Shown: positions 7,102 through 17,014, numbered from the stretch's first letter. The stretch: 24,397 bases of DNA from a virus (IMGVR_UViG_3300046518_000157:1-24397); one strand, 5' to 3'. Notes: a model not told the origin generated them from the sequence alone. Program-made: numbers and translations.

Positions 7102-9498
7102 ATGGCAAATTTCTACTCTGTTCTACCTGGCCTTCAACCCTCAGCGCAAGATATTCTTGAAGCCGAGCTTCTAGCCAAGCAAATTCTTGAAGCACAATAT
7201 CCAGACCTAGACCTCCGAGAAGGTACAGGGCTTCGTGATATGGTTCTGCGACCATCTGCTATGCTACTGGCACTGGTTCGTCTTGGTATCGATTACTACT
7301 TTGCTCAGAACACTATTGCTGGAGTAAATGATACTACTCCTACTAGCATCGTTGATAACATTCTTTCAAACTGGTTTATTAACCGTAACCTTGGTACTCG
7401 TGCTGTTATTAGCGCACGTCTATTCTTTGCCAAGCAAAAGAACGTATCTCTAACGACTGATATCTTTTTCTCAACCGATAACATCTCTAAGTTCTTCCCT
7501 CAGGCTGCAGTTACATTCAGCTCAGGCACGCTTACATATGATGCTTTCCAAAACGAATACTATGTTGACGTTGACCTAGTTGCAGAAGCAGAAGGAACAC
7601 AGTACAACATCGGTTCAGGCTCACTTCTTTACTTCTCTAACTTTGATCCGTACTTCCTTCACGCAGAAATTAACTTCCTGAAGGATACTTCAGTATCATC
7701 AGAGACTAACGAAGAGTTTATTACACGTGCTCAGAACGCTATTTCTACACGTAATCTGATTAACGATCCATCAATCAGTTCAAACCTGCAGAATACCTTT
7801 AACTTTCTGGATAAGATCGTTTCAATCGGTATGGGAGATCCTGAAATGATTCGAGATCAGATTCAGGCTGTATTCACAGGTCAGCTAGCACAGCTCATTA
7901 CTCAGCTTACCAGCTCAGGTACTACTGCGACTGCTACCTTGGCTAATCACGGCTACAACTCAGGCCAAACTGTAACCATTGCAGGTGGTGCTCCGACGAC
8001 ATACAACGGTTCATATACGATTACCGTAGTTGATACTTCGCACTTCACGTATCAGATGGCTACGGCTGCAACTAACGTAACAGTTCTTCCTACTGTTCAG
8101 GCTGTGAACTCACCATTGCTTATCCATAACGGCGGCATGGTTGACGTGTACTGTGGCAACACCATTGCTACGTCAATCGTACAGGTTACAACAGACGATT
8201 TTGGTGATGCTGACTTGACTGGCGCAATCTACAACTTCACACGTAGCTCTGTAAGCGGTGGAAGCTCAGACGATACTATTCCTTTTCTAGCCACGATCTC
8301 TGCTTCAAGCACGACGGTTGCAGCTAATCTAGGTCTTGTTCACGTTGCTTCAACTAGCCACGGACTATCAACTGGCCAAATGGTTACAGTGTCAGGTCTT
8401 GTTGAAACGTTGCCTATTACTTCGATTTCATGCTCGGCAATTACTGTAACTGTAGTTTCTGCTAACCACGGTCTGACAAGTGGTACGTCTGTAACCATTC
8501 AAGGCGTAACACCGATTCAGTACAATGGTACGTTCCCGATTAACGTAGTTGATGCTAATACTTTCAACTACATCGTATCATTTAACATTGCAACGCCCGG
8601 TTCTGGCTCATCAATGCTTATTGCCAACCCATCGCTTACAGGACAGTTTTCTGTAAACGTGCTAAGTGCAAATGCGTTTGACATTGTAATGCCTGGCCTT
8701 TGGACAAATGCTACCGTCACTAACAACATCGTTATTAACTATGCTGTACCATTTACCTTTAAAAACAAAAATACGCAAAGCCAAGCTATTACTGCGCTTA
8801 CTTGCACAGGTACTACTGTTACCGTAACAATTCCTAACCACGGAATTACTGAGAACCGCTATGTGACAATTCGTGGTGCAACTCCATCCGATTACAACGG
8901 TACATGGCTAGTAACTAACGCTCTTAATAAAGATCAGTTCCAATTCACAGTTCCAGTAACTATCGGAAGTCCTGGTTCAAATGCAGTATGTGATTCTGTT
9001 ATTCCTTGGTTCGATTATGGTTTTAGCTCCCGTCAAGACTTGGTTGTAAGCTTTGGTTCACTCTATGCTAATCAAACAGCAAGTTTCCAAATCAGCTTCT
9101 TTGATAACGTTGATAGCGTACAGTCATATCTAGAGAACTCAACAAACCGTGTACTGTGTGGAGATTTGCTTGCTCGTGGATTTAACTTCTACTTGATCGA
9201 TCTGTCAGTAACTGGCTATAATGGCGTGTCCCCAGATGCGACCGTAATTACTGAAACTACAAAGAATTTCTTCAGTAATATGAATCCAGGTGATACCTTG
9301 ATTCTTTCAGATCTTATGGCTCAGCTTTCACTAGCCGGTATTACGAATATCAAGACTCCGCTTGGCGTAGCTTACACTCATTACACTCGTGACTTGATTC
9401 CTGCAACCACAGGTATGATCACTGACTATCTAGATCCAGCAGATAGAACTAACATCTTTATACTGAACACTGTAACAACGAATAACCAAACAGTTTAA
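7102..9498 (+). CDS. Baseplate J-like (gp6-like) wedge protein with four inserted beta-rich NHG repeats
   Basis: N-terminal LDLREGTGLRDMVLRP and ETNEEFITRAQNAISTRNL are baseplate-J-like. The central xxNHGxxxGxxVTIxGxxPxxYNGxxxIxVxDxxxFxY repeats resemble the E1 FCCH-like domain seen in phage virion proteins. Confidence 0.8.
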   Translation: MANFYSVLPGLQPSAQDILEAELLAKQILEAQYPDLDLREGTGLRDMVLRPSAMLLALVRLGIDYYFAQNTIAGVNDTTPTSIVDNILSNWFINRNLGTRAVISARLFFAKQKNVSLTTDIFFSTDNISKFFPQAAVTFSSGTLTYDAFQNEYYVDVDLVAEAEGTQYNIGSGSLLYFSNFDPYFLHAEINFLKDTSVSSETNEEFITRAQNAISTRNLINDPSISSNLQNTFNFLDKIVSIGMGDPEMIRDQIQAVFTGQLAQLITQLTSSGTTATATLANHGYNSGQTVTIAGGAPTTYNGSYTITVVDTSHFTYQMATAATNVTVLPTVQAVNSPLLIHNGGMVDVYCGNTIATSIVQVTTDDFGDADLTGAIYNFTRSSVSGGSSDDTIPFLATISASSTTVAANLGLVHVASTSHGLSTGQMVTVSGLVETLPITSISCSAITVTVVSANHGLTSGTSVTIQGVTPIQYNGTFPINVVDANTFNYIVSFNIATPGSGSSMLIANPSLTGQFSVNVLSANAFDIVMPGLWTNATVTNNIVINYAVPFTFKNKNTQSQAITALTCTGTTVTVTIPNHGITENRYVTIRGATPSDYNGTWLVTNALNKDQFQFTVPVTIGSPGSNAVCDSVIPWFDYGFSSRQDLVVSFGSLYANQTASFQISFFDNVDSVQSYLENSTNRVLCGDLLARGFNFYLIDLSVTGYNGVSPDATVITETTKNFFSNMNPGDTLILSDLMAQLSLAGITNIKTPLGVAYTHYTRDLIPATTGMITDYLDPADRTNIFILNTVTTNNQTV

Positions 9499-9500
9499 CT

Positions 9501-11702
9501 ATGACTCGTGCTAACTTCACTGAAAACGGCCTGAACATCGGGCAGAACCTAACGAATATGACGTACCTATATGGTATTTCAGATTTCTTCACGGTTCTGT
9601 TCGAGGATACAGACCGTATGAACCTTATCCTTGAAGCTGGCACAGAAGGGGCTGCAGAAACTTACAGCAAGTTCTTGCAGCTTACCTCGTCAATTAGTCT
9701 TGCAACGATTCAGGAAACTATTGGCTCATCTATTGAGCTTGTTATTCTTCCTGCATCCAACGCAGTGCAAGGCCAAGTAAACACGTACAAGGTCGGCAAG
9801 GCAATTACCTCAAGTCGATACATTGCTAACCGTCCATTTCTTCCCACGGTAATTCTTGAGGAAGACGTTGACTATCATCTAGAAACAGCACTTGACGGAA
9901 CTATGAATGTTCGCTTTGCTGCTGACATTTCAGATAAGGGCTTTTCATCTAACACAGATGTCAATGGCGTTCGTCAGTATGCAATGTGGTTCGTAGATGC
10001 AACAATCGATGAAAACCTTATCTCAACGATGTTCGGTGATTTGATTGGCGTTGATCCTGAGAGTTCAACTGATGCATTCTACAACTTCGTTTACGGCCTA
10101 TACTACGTATACGTTAATGGCCCTACTCTTGATTTAGTTCGCAAGGGATTAAACCTTGTTCTTGGCATGCCTTTGGCTCGTGCAAATGAGACTGTTCTTG
10201 ATGTTCGTAACTATCTTGAGACTGACCAGTACATCGTTATTACTGACCAGAACCAATATCTAATTCCTTTCGGGGTTGTTCCTAACGTTGTACCGGGAGA
10301 TAGCATCGTCACAGGTCAAGAGTTAGCTCAATGGGTTGAGATTCAGGATTACCTGAGTGATGGAGAGTGGTGGCTTAATTTACAGATTCCAGCTTCAATC
10401 ATTCCTGAACTACCGGCTGGTCAGAAGGATAGATTTGCAACTGAAGGTAGTCACTTCGACTATCTAATGCGCAACTACCTAAAGAAACACACGTTTCTAG
10501 TAAACGTGAAGGTAGACTCGTTTAAAAATATTCAAACGTTCCAGCAGCTATCGGACATTATTAACAAAGTAAAACCTACGTACACTCAGCCGATTTACGT
10601 TTGGTCTATTACTGCGATGACAGAAGAGCTTACTCTAAGCGATGATCTGTCTACGTACCGTGTTGATCCTAGCCGTTGTGAAAAGATTCAATATCCTATC
10701 GCTCGTATGCGCAGGGATAATACTGATGACCCTATTAAGCGTGGTTGCCCTACGTTCATTCGCTCTAACGTACCAATGTGGGTCACAAAGATTCTAGGTA
10801 CTGACGAGCTTATCAACGGAAATCAGACTACTGTTAATGGCGGTTCACTATCAGGGTTTATCAACCCTCAGGCTCAATTCCGTGCAAATACAACACAGGA
10901 AACATCTTGGCTTACTGCTATGTTCCAACGTGGACATGACCAGACTCAGATTCGCCGTGACAAAGTAGCGTTCAACCGTAGTCGTGGTGACTTGACAGTT
11001 GCTAATGGCAAAGCCGTAACTTGGTACGACATCCCTGCCGGTATGAAGGTTGTTCCGCTTTACATTACCAAGCAATACGACATTGCTGCTAAATGCTTAT
11101 CTGTAGGCACAGACGTTCCGCCTACTGGTCAGTGGGTGTTTTCCATTTTCAACCCTTCTAATTCTGGCCTTGCAATTAACGTGGCGGCGATTAATGATAG
11201 CGGATCGTCTTTTACAATAAACCCGCTTGTAACGTTTTTTAACACTTTGTTTTTCCGTGGCACTAACGTAGGTTATCTGGGAGCATTGATTCCTGATCTT
11301 GGAATGCAAGCAACGTATGCGCCTACTCCAGCAGACATTGGATTAGCAGACTATTTGATGGGCGTTCGTATTCTAGAAGATACAGTTGGAATTTACTGGG
11401 TCACAGAGAATGCTTCTATTGAATCTCCTCAGTACTTCCCAGTAGAAGAAATGGATAGAGCTGTTATTAGTTATGATATGCCGTTGACTCGTGGACACCA
11501 AGCAATTGGAACTCCGCATTATACTTTGCGCGGCTCAGATCTTAACTATACTGGTGATTCGAGCATTGACGGCACTGCGATTAATGAAGAATCCGGCTAT
11601 AATAACTCTATAACTCCGAACACTTATTCGGACAAATATAACTCGTCAGTTACAATTACCAGAGGTGGTGCAGTTATCACCCATGCCCAAGAACTTAGTT
11701 AA
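9501..11702 (+). CDS. Baseplate wedge protein (gpI/gp7-like), 733 aa
   Basis: Follows baseplate J. FGDLIGVD...FVYGLYYVYVNGPTLDLVRKGLNLVLG and IINKVKPTYT resemble tail protein I-like wedge segments. Confidence 0.6.
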   Translation: MTRANFTENGLNIGQNLTNMTYLYGISDFFTVLFEDTDRMNLILEAGTEGAAETYSKFLQLTSSISLATIQETIGSSIELVILPASNAVQGQVNTYKVGKAITSSRYIANRPFLPTVILEEDVDYHLETALDGTMNVRFAADISDKGFSSNTDVNGVRQYAMWFVDATIDENLISTMFGDLIGVDPESSTDAFYNFVYGLYYVYVNGPTLDLVRKGLNLVLGMPLARANETVLDVRNYLETDQYIVITDQNQYLIPFGVVPNVVPGDSIVTGQELAQWVEIQDYLSDGEWWLNLQIPASIIPELPAGQKDRFATEGSHFDYLMRNYLKKHTFLVNVKVDSFKNIQTFQQLSDIINKVKPTYTQPIYVWSITAMTEELTLSDDLSTYRVDPSRCEKIQYPIARMRRDNTDDPIKRGCPTFIRSNVPMWVTKILGTDELINGNQTTVNGGSLSGFINPQAQFRANTTQETSWLTAMFQRGHDQTQIRRDKVAFNRSRGDLTVANGKAVTWYDIPAGMKVVPLYITKQYDIAAKCLSVGTDVPPTGQWVFSIFNPSNSGLAINVAAINDSGSSFTINPLVTFFNTLFFRGTNVGYLGALIPDLGMQATYAPTPADIGLADYLMGVRILEDTVGIYWVTENASIESPQYFPVEEMDRAVISYDMPLTRGHQAIGTPHYTLRGSDLNYTGDSSIDGTAINEESGYNNSITPNTYSDKYNSSVTITRGGAVITHAQELS

Positions 11703-11703
11703 C

Positions 11704-12216
11704 ATGAAAGAACTTATTAATCGCTTCGTTAAACGCTTTCTCAAGATGGTCAATCTTATTCCGCTTGAAGGCGTTTTAAGAGTAGAGAAGTGGTATCCTG
11801 ATGGCCGTAAAGAACTGGCTTTTGAAAAGAAAAACCTTATCGTACTTACGGCTAAGCAAGTTCTTCTGAGTAGCCTGTACGTAGCCAACCAGGTGTCTGA
11901 TCCAATCATTAATCTGAAGATCGGCACCGGTGGCTGTATCGACCCACAAGGCCTGTTCCCTAAGCCTATCAGCCAAGCTATGTCTTCGCTATTCACGCCT
12001 CTCCTTGACGTTGCTACATCGTTTACTATTAACAATGCGGCGCCTTCGGTTACGTTCATTGCTGACGTTGACCAAGGTACGGCTAACGGTCAATTGATCA
12101 CAGAAGCAGGTCTGTATAAGGCCAGTGCAACGATGTTTAATATCAAGACATTTCCTGGTATCCCGAAGACTAGCGAGTTCTCAATCCACTTCGAGTGGAC
12201 CATCCAGATGTCTTAA
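11704..12216 (+). CDS. Tail-collar / fibre attachment protein
   Basis: KNLIV...IGTGG...LITEAGLY...KTFPGIPKT.EF.I.FEWTI is the typical collar pattern. Start moved from 11665 to the ATG at 11704, just after the upstream stop; the ATG at 11746 is also possible. Confidence 0.7.
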   Translation: MKELINRFVKRFLKMVNLIPLEGVLRVEKWYPDGRKELAFEKKNLIVLTAKQVLLSSLYVANQVSDPIINLKIGTGGCIDPQGLFPKPISQAMSSLFTPLLDVATSFTINNAAPSVTFIADVDQGTANGQLITEAGLYKASATMFNIKTFPGIPKTSEFSIHFEWTIQMS

Positions 12217-12219
12217 GCT

Positions 12220-12591
12220 ATGCCAACGACTACTTCACAGCTTCAAGTAACCACTCAACTAGAAGGTGACAAGATTACTGTCACCGCTCTTATTCTTCCA
12301 AACGGTTTCTTGCCACAAAATATTTTCCTGTATAAAAACACTGGGACAAATGCGCTTGGAGATTACTACGGCGTAGCTAATGTCGAAGAAATGACACGTT
12401 TCCAGATTTTCACTGGAACTGCTATTCCTAAGTTCGGAAATGCATTCGTCAGGTTCAATCAGGCTAAAATTACACTGAGCGTCAACGATGATTCAGCCTC
12501 TGTTATTGCAGCGATTACGCAAGGCGTAACAAACCTAAGCGCAGCGATGAAGCTAGCAGCTAGCACCACTAAAGTTATTACAATTTCATGA
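12220..12591 (+). CDS. Hypothetical structural protein (123 aa)
   Basis: Tightly packed in the structural operon, with an ATGA overlap with the next gene. Confidence 0.6.
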   Translation: MPTTTSQLQVTTQLEGDKITVTALILPNGFLPQNIFLYKNTGTNALGDYYGVANVEEMTRFQIFTGTAIPKFGNAFVRFNQAKITLSVNDDSASVIAAITQGVTNLSAAMKLAASTTKVITIS

Positions 12592-13364
12592 CAACTTCAA
12601 CGCGACTTTACGCAAATAATGCGAAAACAACTCTTGCGTCTTCAGTTCAGCCTGGCGACACAACAATTCAAGTAGCGAATGCTTCGCTGTTTCCACAGCC
12701 TACTGCTGGTCAACACTTCTTAGCAACCATCGATACCGGATCAACTCAAGAAGTTATTCAGGTAAATGGCGTAAGCGGAAATAGCTTTATTAACTGCGTT
12801 CGTGGTTTTGAAGGGGTAGCAGGCACATACCAGGCCGGTACTCGTATTGAAAACCGTGCAACTGCCGGTACTTACGAGTCGTTTGCACGTCTCCAAGACC
12901 GTGTTGCACCTATCACTAACCTTGACTCCTTGTCAGCTCCCGGAGCTTCTGACTCGAACAGCTACATCACTCAGAGTACTGATGACGGTGGTAACTACAT
13001 ACTAGCATATTCAGGAAGTGCAAGCGGTGTATGGAGTTTTACGAATTACCCTACCGTTCTTACTTCAGGTACTCTAGCAGGCGTTGGAACTACTATTTCA
13101 ATTTCAGTTACGAACGCCGCAACTATTATACCTCTACCGTTTGCAGGAAAGTACATTATTCAGTTCATGACTGGTCAGAATAAAGGCTTGGTCAGGGCTA
13201 TTACTTCGATTTCAGGCAACACTATAAACTGGGCTACGGCTCTCCCATTTGCACCGGCTGCATCTGATAGCTACCAAGTCTATCAAAGTGAAGTTTCTAA
13301 TTTGAACGCACTGAATATAGCTGCAAATAATGGTCTTATCTATGCAATCCTTCTTGGTTCTTAA
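12588..13364 (+). CDS. Tail fibre-associated / proximal fibre protein
   Basis: NNAKTTLASS...TTIQV...FP...CVRGFEG...GTRIENR.TAG is a common phage tail beta domain. Thr/Gly-rich. Confidence 0.6.
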   Translation: MTTSTRLYANNAKTTLASSVQPGDTTIQVANASLFPQPTAGQHFLATIDTGSTQEVIQVNGVSGNSFINCVRGFEGVAGTYQAGTRIENRATAGTYESFARLQDRVAPITNLDSLSAPGASDSNSYITQSTDDGGNYILAYSGSASGVWSFTNYPTVLTSGTLAGVGTTISISVTNAATIIPLPFAGKYIIQFMTGQNKGLVRAITSISGNTINWATALPFAPAASDSYQVYQSEVSNLNALNIAANNGLIYAILLGS

Positions 13365-13368
13365 TTAA

Positions 13369-13698
13369 ATGGCACAGAATTTTAAACACTCTACAAACGG
13401 TCTTACACTAGGCACTTCAAACACGCTTATTTACGGACCAGTTCCAGCTGGCACTACAGCTATTGTATTCAGCGGTACATTTCCCAATCTGGATGCAACC
13501 AATAAGCTAATGCACTATTTGACACTGTTCAAATATGATGGCGTTACGTTCAACTATGAACTAAATAGTGTTCCTATTCCGTACGGTAGTGCTTCCAAGT
13601 CACCTAAAATTGTAATGAACGCTGGCGAGTCACTATATGCTACTGCTGATACAGCAGCAATGATTGGTGTAAGTCTTAGCGTACTAGAACTTTCATAA
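13369..13698 (+). CDS. Small virion beta-sandwich protein (109 aa)
   Basis: MAQNFK...LIY.PVPAGTTAIV...KIVMNAGESLYA pattern seen in small tail-associated proteins; fibre context. Confidence 0.55.
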   Translation: MAQNFKHSTNGLTLGTSNTLIYGPVPAGTTAIVFSGTFPNLDATNKLMHYLTLFKYDGVTFNYELNSVPIPYGSASKSPKIVMNAGESLYATADTAAMIGVSLSVLELS

Positions 13699-13706
13699 GG
13701 TAAACA

Positions 13707-14960
13707 ATGGCAGTCGATTTAGAATATTTCGGTGTACCACCGGCAGACTACAGAGAGCAAGAGCTTCGCACTCGGCTTACTGCAACTGTTGGTCAAACTA
13801 CATTTTCAGCCCCGTATTCTCCAGGCAACGTTGACGTTTTCTACAACGGGGCTAAACTCGACCCTTTTTCTGAGTTTACCGGCACTGATGGAGCAAACAT
13901 TGTACTTGCTAGTGGCGCATTCGCTACTGGTGATATCGTTGAAGTTATCTCACGTTCACAAGTACAAGTATCAAACATTTACACGAAGCAGCAAGTAGAT
14001 AACCTTGCTGGTAACTTCTATGGTATCGCAACCGGTACAGGTAACGCTCAAGTCGTAACTACAGTTCCTACTTTTGCAGCGTATCTGGATGGCATGGAAA
14101 TCAAGGTTCGTGCAGTTGCAGCTAACTCTTCTGCTACGCCTACTATTGCTATTAATGGTATTACTGCTAAGACTATTGTTTCTAACAATGCTGCAGCGGC
14201 TCTGTTCACTAACGACTGGGTAGCTGGTTCAGAGATTACGCTTCGCTACAATCAGACTCTGGATAAACTGGTACTTCTTGAGGGAGCTACTACGATAGCT
14301 ACCCCTGCTCAGTTTGCTAACAATAATCAGGTTCCGAGTACTTTGTTTGTTCAAAGAGCTTTGGGAAATAGAAGTACATCAGTTAACGCTAATACAACAA
14401 GAACTTTAACTACTTCACAGGTTGGAAGTTTAATTTCTACATTTGGAGCTACTGGGCCAATCACATTGACACTTCCTGACGTTAGTGCTTTTACTGCTGG
14501 TACCGGTCAATCGTATCTGATTACTAACCCATCATTATTTCCAATTACTCTGACGTCTACGTCATTTTTCTCTCAACCTTGGGGGCCATCCGGAGGACAA
14601 AATAATTTTGTGCTACAATCGGGAGTATCAGTAGAATGTATTTCAGATGGAGGTAGTTGGAATCTTGTAGGTGGTGGCGGTTCATCTTCTCTACTCACCA
14701 ATGGCCTTCAAAGACTTCCAAGTGGAATGATAATGCAGTGGGGTACAACAACTTCCATAACAACAGGAACAAGTATAACTGTAACCCTTCCTGTAGCCAT
14801 GCCTGCAAACATTCTACAAGTAATGATTACATCTCAGTCTTCTGCAAACGGTACAGTTCCGTTTAGTGGAGGTTGGCAAGCAATTAACAACGCTACATTT
14901 ACACTAAGAAATAACTCCACGCTAACTGGACAGTATTCTTGGATGGCAATCGGTTATTAA
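13707..14960 (+). CDS. Tail fibre protein (paralog 1)
   Basis: N-terminal GQTTF...VDVFYNG domain, PAQF...FVQRALG motif, and a C-terminal GLQRLPSGMIMQWG fibre-tip domain. Confidence 0.85.
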   Translation: MAVDLEYFGVPPADYREQELRTRLTATVGQTTFSAPYSPGNVDVFYNGAKLDPFSEFTGTDGANIVLASGAFATGDIVEVISRSQVQVSNIYTKQQVDNLAGNFYGIATGTGNAQVVTTVPTFAAYLDGMEIKVRAVAANSSATPTIAINGITAKTIVSNNAAAALFTNDWVAGSEITLRYNQTLDKLVLLEGATTIATPAQFANNNQVPSTLFVQRALGNRSTSVNANTTRTLTTSQVGSLISTFGATGPITLTLPDVSAFTAGTGQSYLITNPSLFPITLTSTSFFSQPWGPSGGQNNFVLQSGVSVECISDGGSWNLVGGGGSSSLLTNGLQRLPSGMIMQWGTTTSITTGTSITVTLPVAMPANILQVMITSQSSANGTVPFSGGWQAINNATFTLRNNSTLTGQYSWMAIGY

Positions 14961-14996
14961 GAATTAAAATCACATAGTAATTAACAAGGCAAACAA

Positions 14997-15593
14997 ATGG
15001 CACTTTTTTATTCAAAGTCAACTGGTGGATTCTACGATGATTCAATCCACACGGCTGCACAAATTCCTTCAGACGCAGTAGCGATTACTGAAGTACAACA
15101 TCAAGCGCTGCTTACAGGTCAATCTGCAGGCAAGCTAATTACGGCTGATGCTAATGGCAACCCTATTCTTACAGATCCTCCTGCACCTCCACTTGCTGAT
15201 GTTCAAGCACGCTCACTAGCAGCTCTTGACGACGCTGCAGAAGTGCTTCGTGGAAAGTTCATCACGGCTAACTCAGGTCAAGTAGCTACGTATCTGCTCA
15301 AGCAAAACCAAGCTGCAGCATTCAAGGCTGCTAACTACACCGGTACAGTTCCAGGCCTAGTACAAGCTGAAGCAGATGCTACTGGTGATACTGCTAAAGT
15401 TTCATGTGACACGATTCTTGCTCAGTATGATCTGTGGTGCACTCTTGCAGCATCAATTGAGACCGCACGTCGTACAGCTAAGGTTGCAGTGAGCGCAGCA
15501 ACTACGGTAGATGCTGTCAACTCAGCTGTAAGCTCGGCCCAAGCTGCATTTGCACAAATTGAAACACAAGCAGGTTCAGGTTCGGTCGAATAA
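14997..15593 (+). CDS. Tail fibre assembly chaperone (Tfa-like)
   Basis: FYSKSTGGFYDDSIH...IPSDAVAITE..HQALL.GQS.GK.I..DANG.P.L.DPP is a classic Tfa N-terminus. Directly follows the fibre gene. Confidence 0.85.
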   Translation: MALFYSKSTGGFYDDSIHTAAQIPSDAVAITEVQHQALLTGQSAGKLITADANGNPILTDPPAPPLADVQARSLAALDDAAEVLRGKFITANSGQVATYLLKQNQAAAFKAANYTGTVPGLVQAEADATGDTAKVSCDTILAQYDLWCTLAASIETARRTAKVAVSAATTVDAVNSAVSSAQAAFAQIETQAGSGSVE

Positions 15594-15605
15594 CCGGAGT
15601 TTTAA

Positions 15606-16121
15606 ATGAAGTACGATGATGTACGCAATTCTATCAAGACTGGCGATCTTATCGCTGTAAGAAATAAGAAATTCCAGTTCTTGCCCATTGCGACCCGAAT
15701 TGTAACGAATAGCCCGTACACACATACGGGCATTGCAATTTGGGCAGGTGGTCGTTTGCTGTTAGCTCAGACAAACGCTGGAGGCTGCAACGTCGTTCCC
15801 CTTTCACAAGAAGCGGAATACGACTTTGATGTTTTTGAGTGTCCAGTTGACCGTGACAAGTGCGAGGCTGTAATTTGGTCCGAGCTTGGTTCAAGAATCC
15901 CTTATGGTTTTATTGATTTAGCTCGTATCTTTGGTTACAAAGTGTTCGGCATCCCTCTCCCACAATCTGATGGAGCCGACCTAGTCTGCAGCGCACTATC
16001 AGCGACCATATATAAACTATGTGGTTGGAACCCAGTAGGGTTACCATCTATTCCTTGGCCAGGCGCTGTTACAGACCAGTTACAAAATGCAAAGAAATTC
16101 GAAGTAGAAGCTTCGACATAA
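15606..16121 (+). CDS. Permuted papain-like (YaeF/YiiX-type NlpC/P60) amidase/peptidase
   Basis: IKTGDLI, YTHTGI (His) and LVCSAL (Cys) occur in the permuted His-before-Cys order. Confidence 0.8.
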   Translation: MKYDDVRNSIKTGDLIAVRNKKFQFLPIATRIVTNSPYTHTGIAIWAGGRLLLAQTNAGGCNVVPLSQEAEYDFDVFECPVDRDKCEAVIWSELGSRIPYGFIDLARIFGYKVFGIPLPQSDGADLVCSALSATIYKLCGWNPVGLPSIPWPGAVTDQLQNAKKFEVEAST

Positions 16122-16146
16122 TACTAAATTAATAGGGGAATATTCT

Positions 16147-16596
16147 ATGGCTGAGCCAGTCACTACATCTGCCGGGGCAATCTTTACTATTGCTAAAGCA
16201 TGGTCCATCCTTGCGGGGGTATCTGGCTCTGTCGTTCCTATTCTTGCATTAAGTGATCAAAACAAGACTAGTTTCAAGAACGCTTTATTCATGGCGATAG
16301 TAGGTTCATCCTTTGCTATTTTCATGGGTCCTTGGATTGCAGATAACGCTAACGTTCATTCAACAGAGGGTGTAGTTGCTCTCTCTTGGGCTTTGGGCGC
16401 TGTTGGTGTTTATGTAATCAGAGCAGTTCTAAGATGGATCGACAAACGAGGCGAAGACGCAGTAGATCAAATCGTAAACAGAGTAATCGGCGGTGATTCA
16501 CGCGACGATGAAAAGCAAGTTATCCGTGAGACTATAGTCATTGAAGATCGCCGGTCTCTTCCTTCTCAAGGTGGGCCATTTGAGGAAAACAAATGA
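16147..16596 (+). CDS. Holin-like membrane protein (about 3 TM, charged C-tail)
   Basis: Three hydrophobic segments, an MAEP N-terminus and a highly charged C-terminus. Confidence 0.55.
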   Translation: MAEPVTTSAGAIFTIAKAWSILAGVSGSVVPILALSDQNKTSFKNALFMAIVGSSFAIFMGPWIADNANVHSTEGVVALSWALGAVGVYVIRAVLRWIDKRGEDAVDQIVNRVIGGDSRDDEKQVIRETIVIEDRRSLPSQGGPFEENK

Positions 16597-16979
16597 TCTC
16601 GACTTTTTTAAACCTGCTTGCTGATGTAAATATACCGCTTGTTCTTAATTTCCTTATTTCAATAGGGATGGGTTTCTGTGGTTTCTTTTTTGCGTTTGTA
16701 ATTAAGAACAAGAATATCAAGAACAAGTGGTTCACGTCTCTTCGATACATTCTAATACTTCTCTCCATCTCAGCTTTCAGCAATGCTTACTGTTTAGGTA
16801 TTCTGGGCTACAAAGTGGTTCAGCCGAGCGAGTTACTTCTCCATCTATCAGTTTTAGTATTCATGCTTTGGGGAACAGCTTACTATCTATTCAATATAGT
16901 TGGCTCAGGCACAAGTCTAACTCAAGAGAAAGTATTAAAATTCATTGAGAAAGAACATTCAACTACGAGTACACAATGA
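16593..16979 (+). CDS. Second holin-like membrane protein (about 3 TM)
   Basis: Three hydrophobic segments with a Lys-rich loop (KNKNIKNK). ATGA-coupled to the previous gene. Confidence 0.5.
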   Translation: MISTFLNLLADVNIPLVLNFLISIGMGFCGFFFAFVIKNKNIKNKWFTSLRYILILLSISAFSNAYCLGILGYKVVQPSELLLHLSVLVFMLWGTAYYLFNIVGSGTSLTQEKVLKFIEKEHSTTSTQ

Positions 16980-17014
16980 TTGCTCGTAGTTTTTAGAAAC
17001 TATAAACTATGAGC
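16961..17014 (+). promoter_or_regulatory. Alternative-hairpin element over the start codon of fibre paralog 2, with mini-ORF MIARSF (16976-16996)
   Basis: 16961-16969 AACTACGAG is the exact reverse complement of 16983-16991. 16982-16992 GCTCGTAGTTT also pairs with 17004-17014 AAACTATGAGC (one G-U), which contains the ATG. Confidence 0.55.

Noticed and set aside
11665-11703. ORF-track start of the collar gene at 11665
   Set aside because: It overlaps the upstream gene by 38 nt. The ATG at 11704, just after the upstream TAA, fits the operon's tight coupling.
16099-16145. Short inverted repeats TCGAAG/CTTCGA and the palindrome GAATATTC before the first holin-like gene
   Set aside because: Stems of 6 bp or less without a U-tract are expected by chance.
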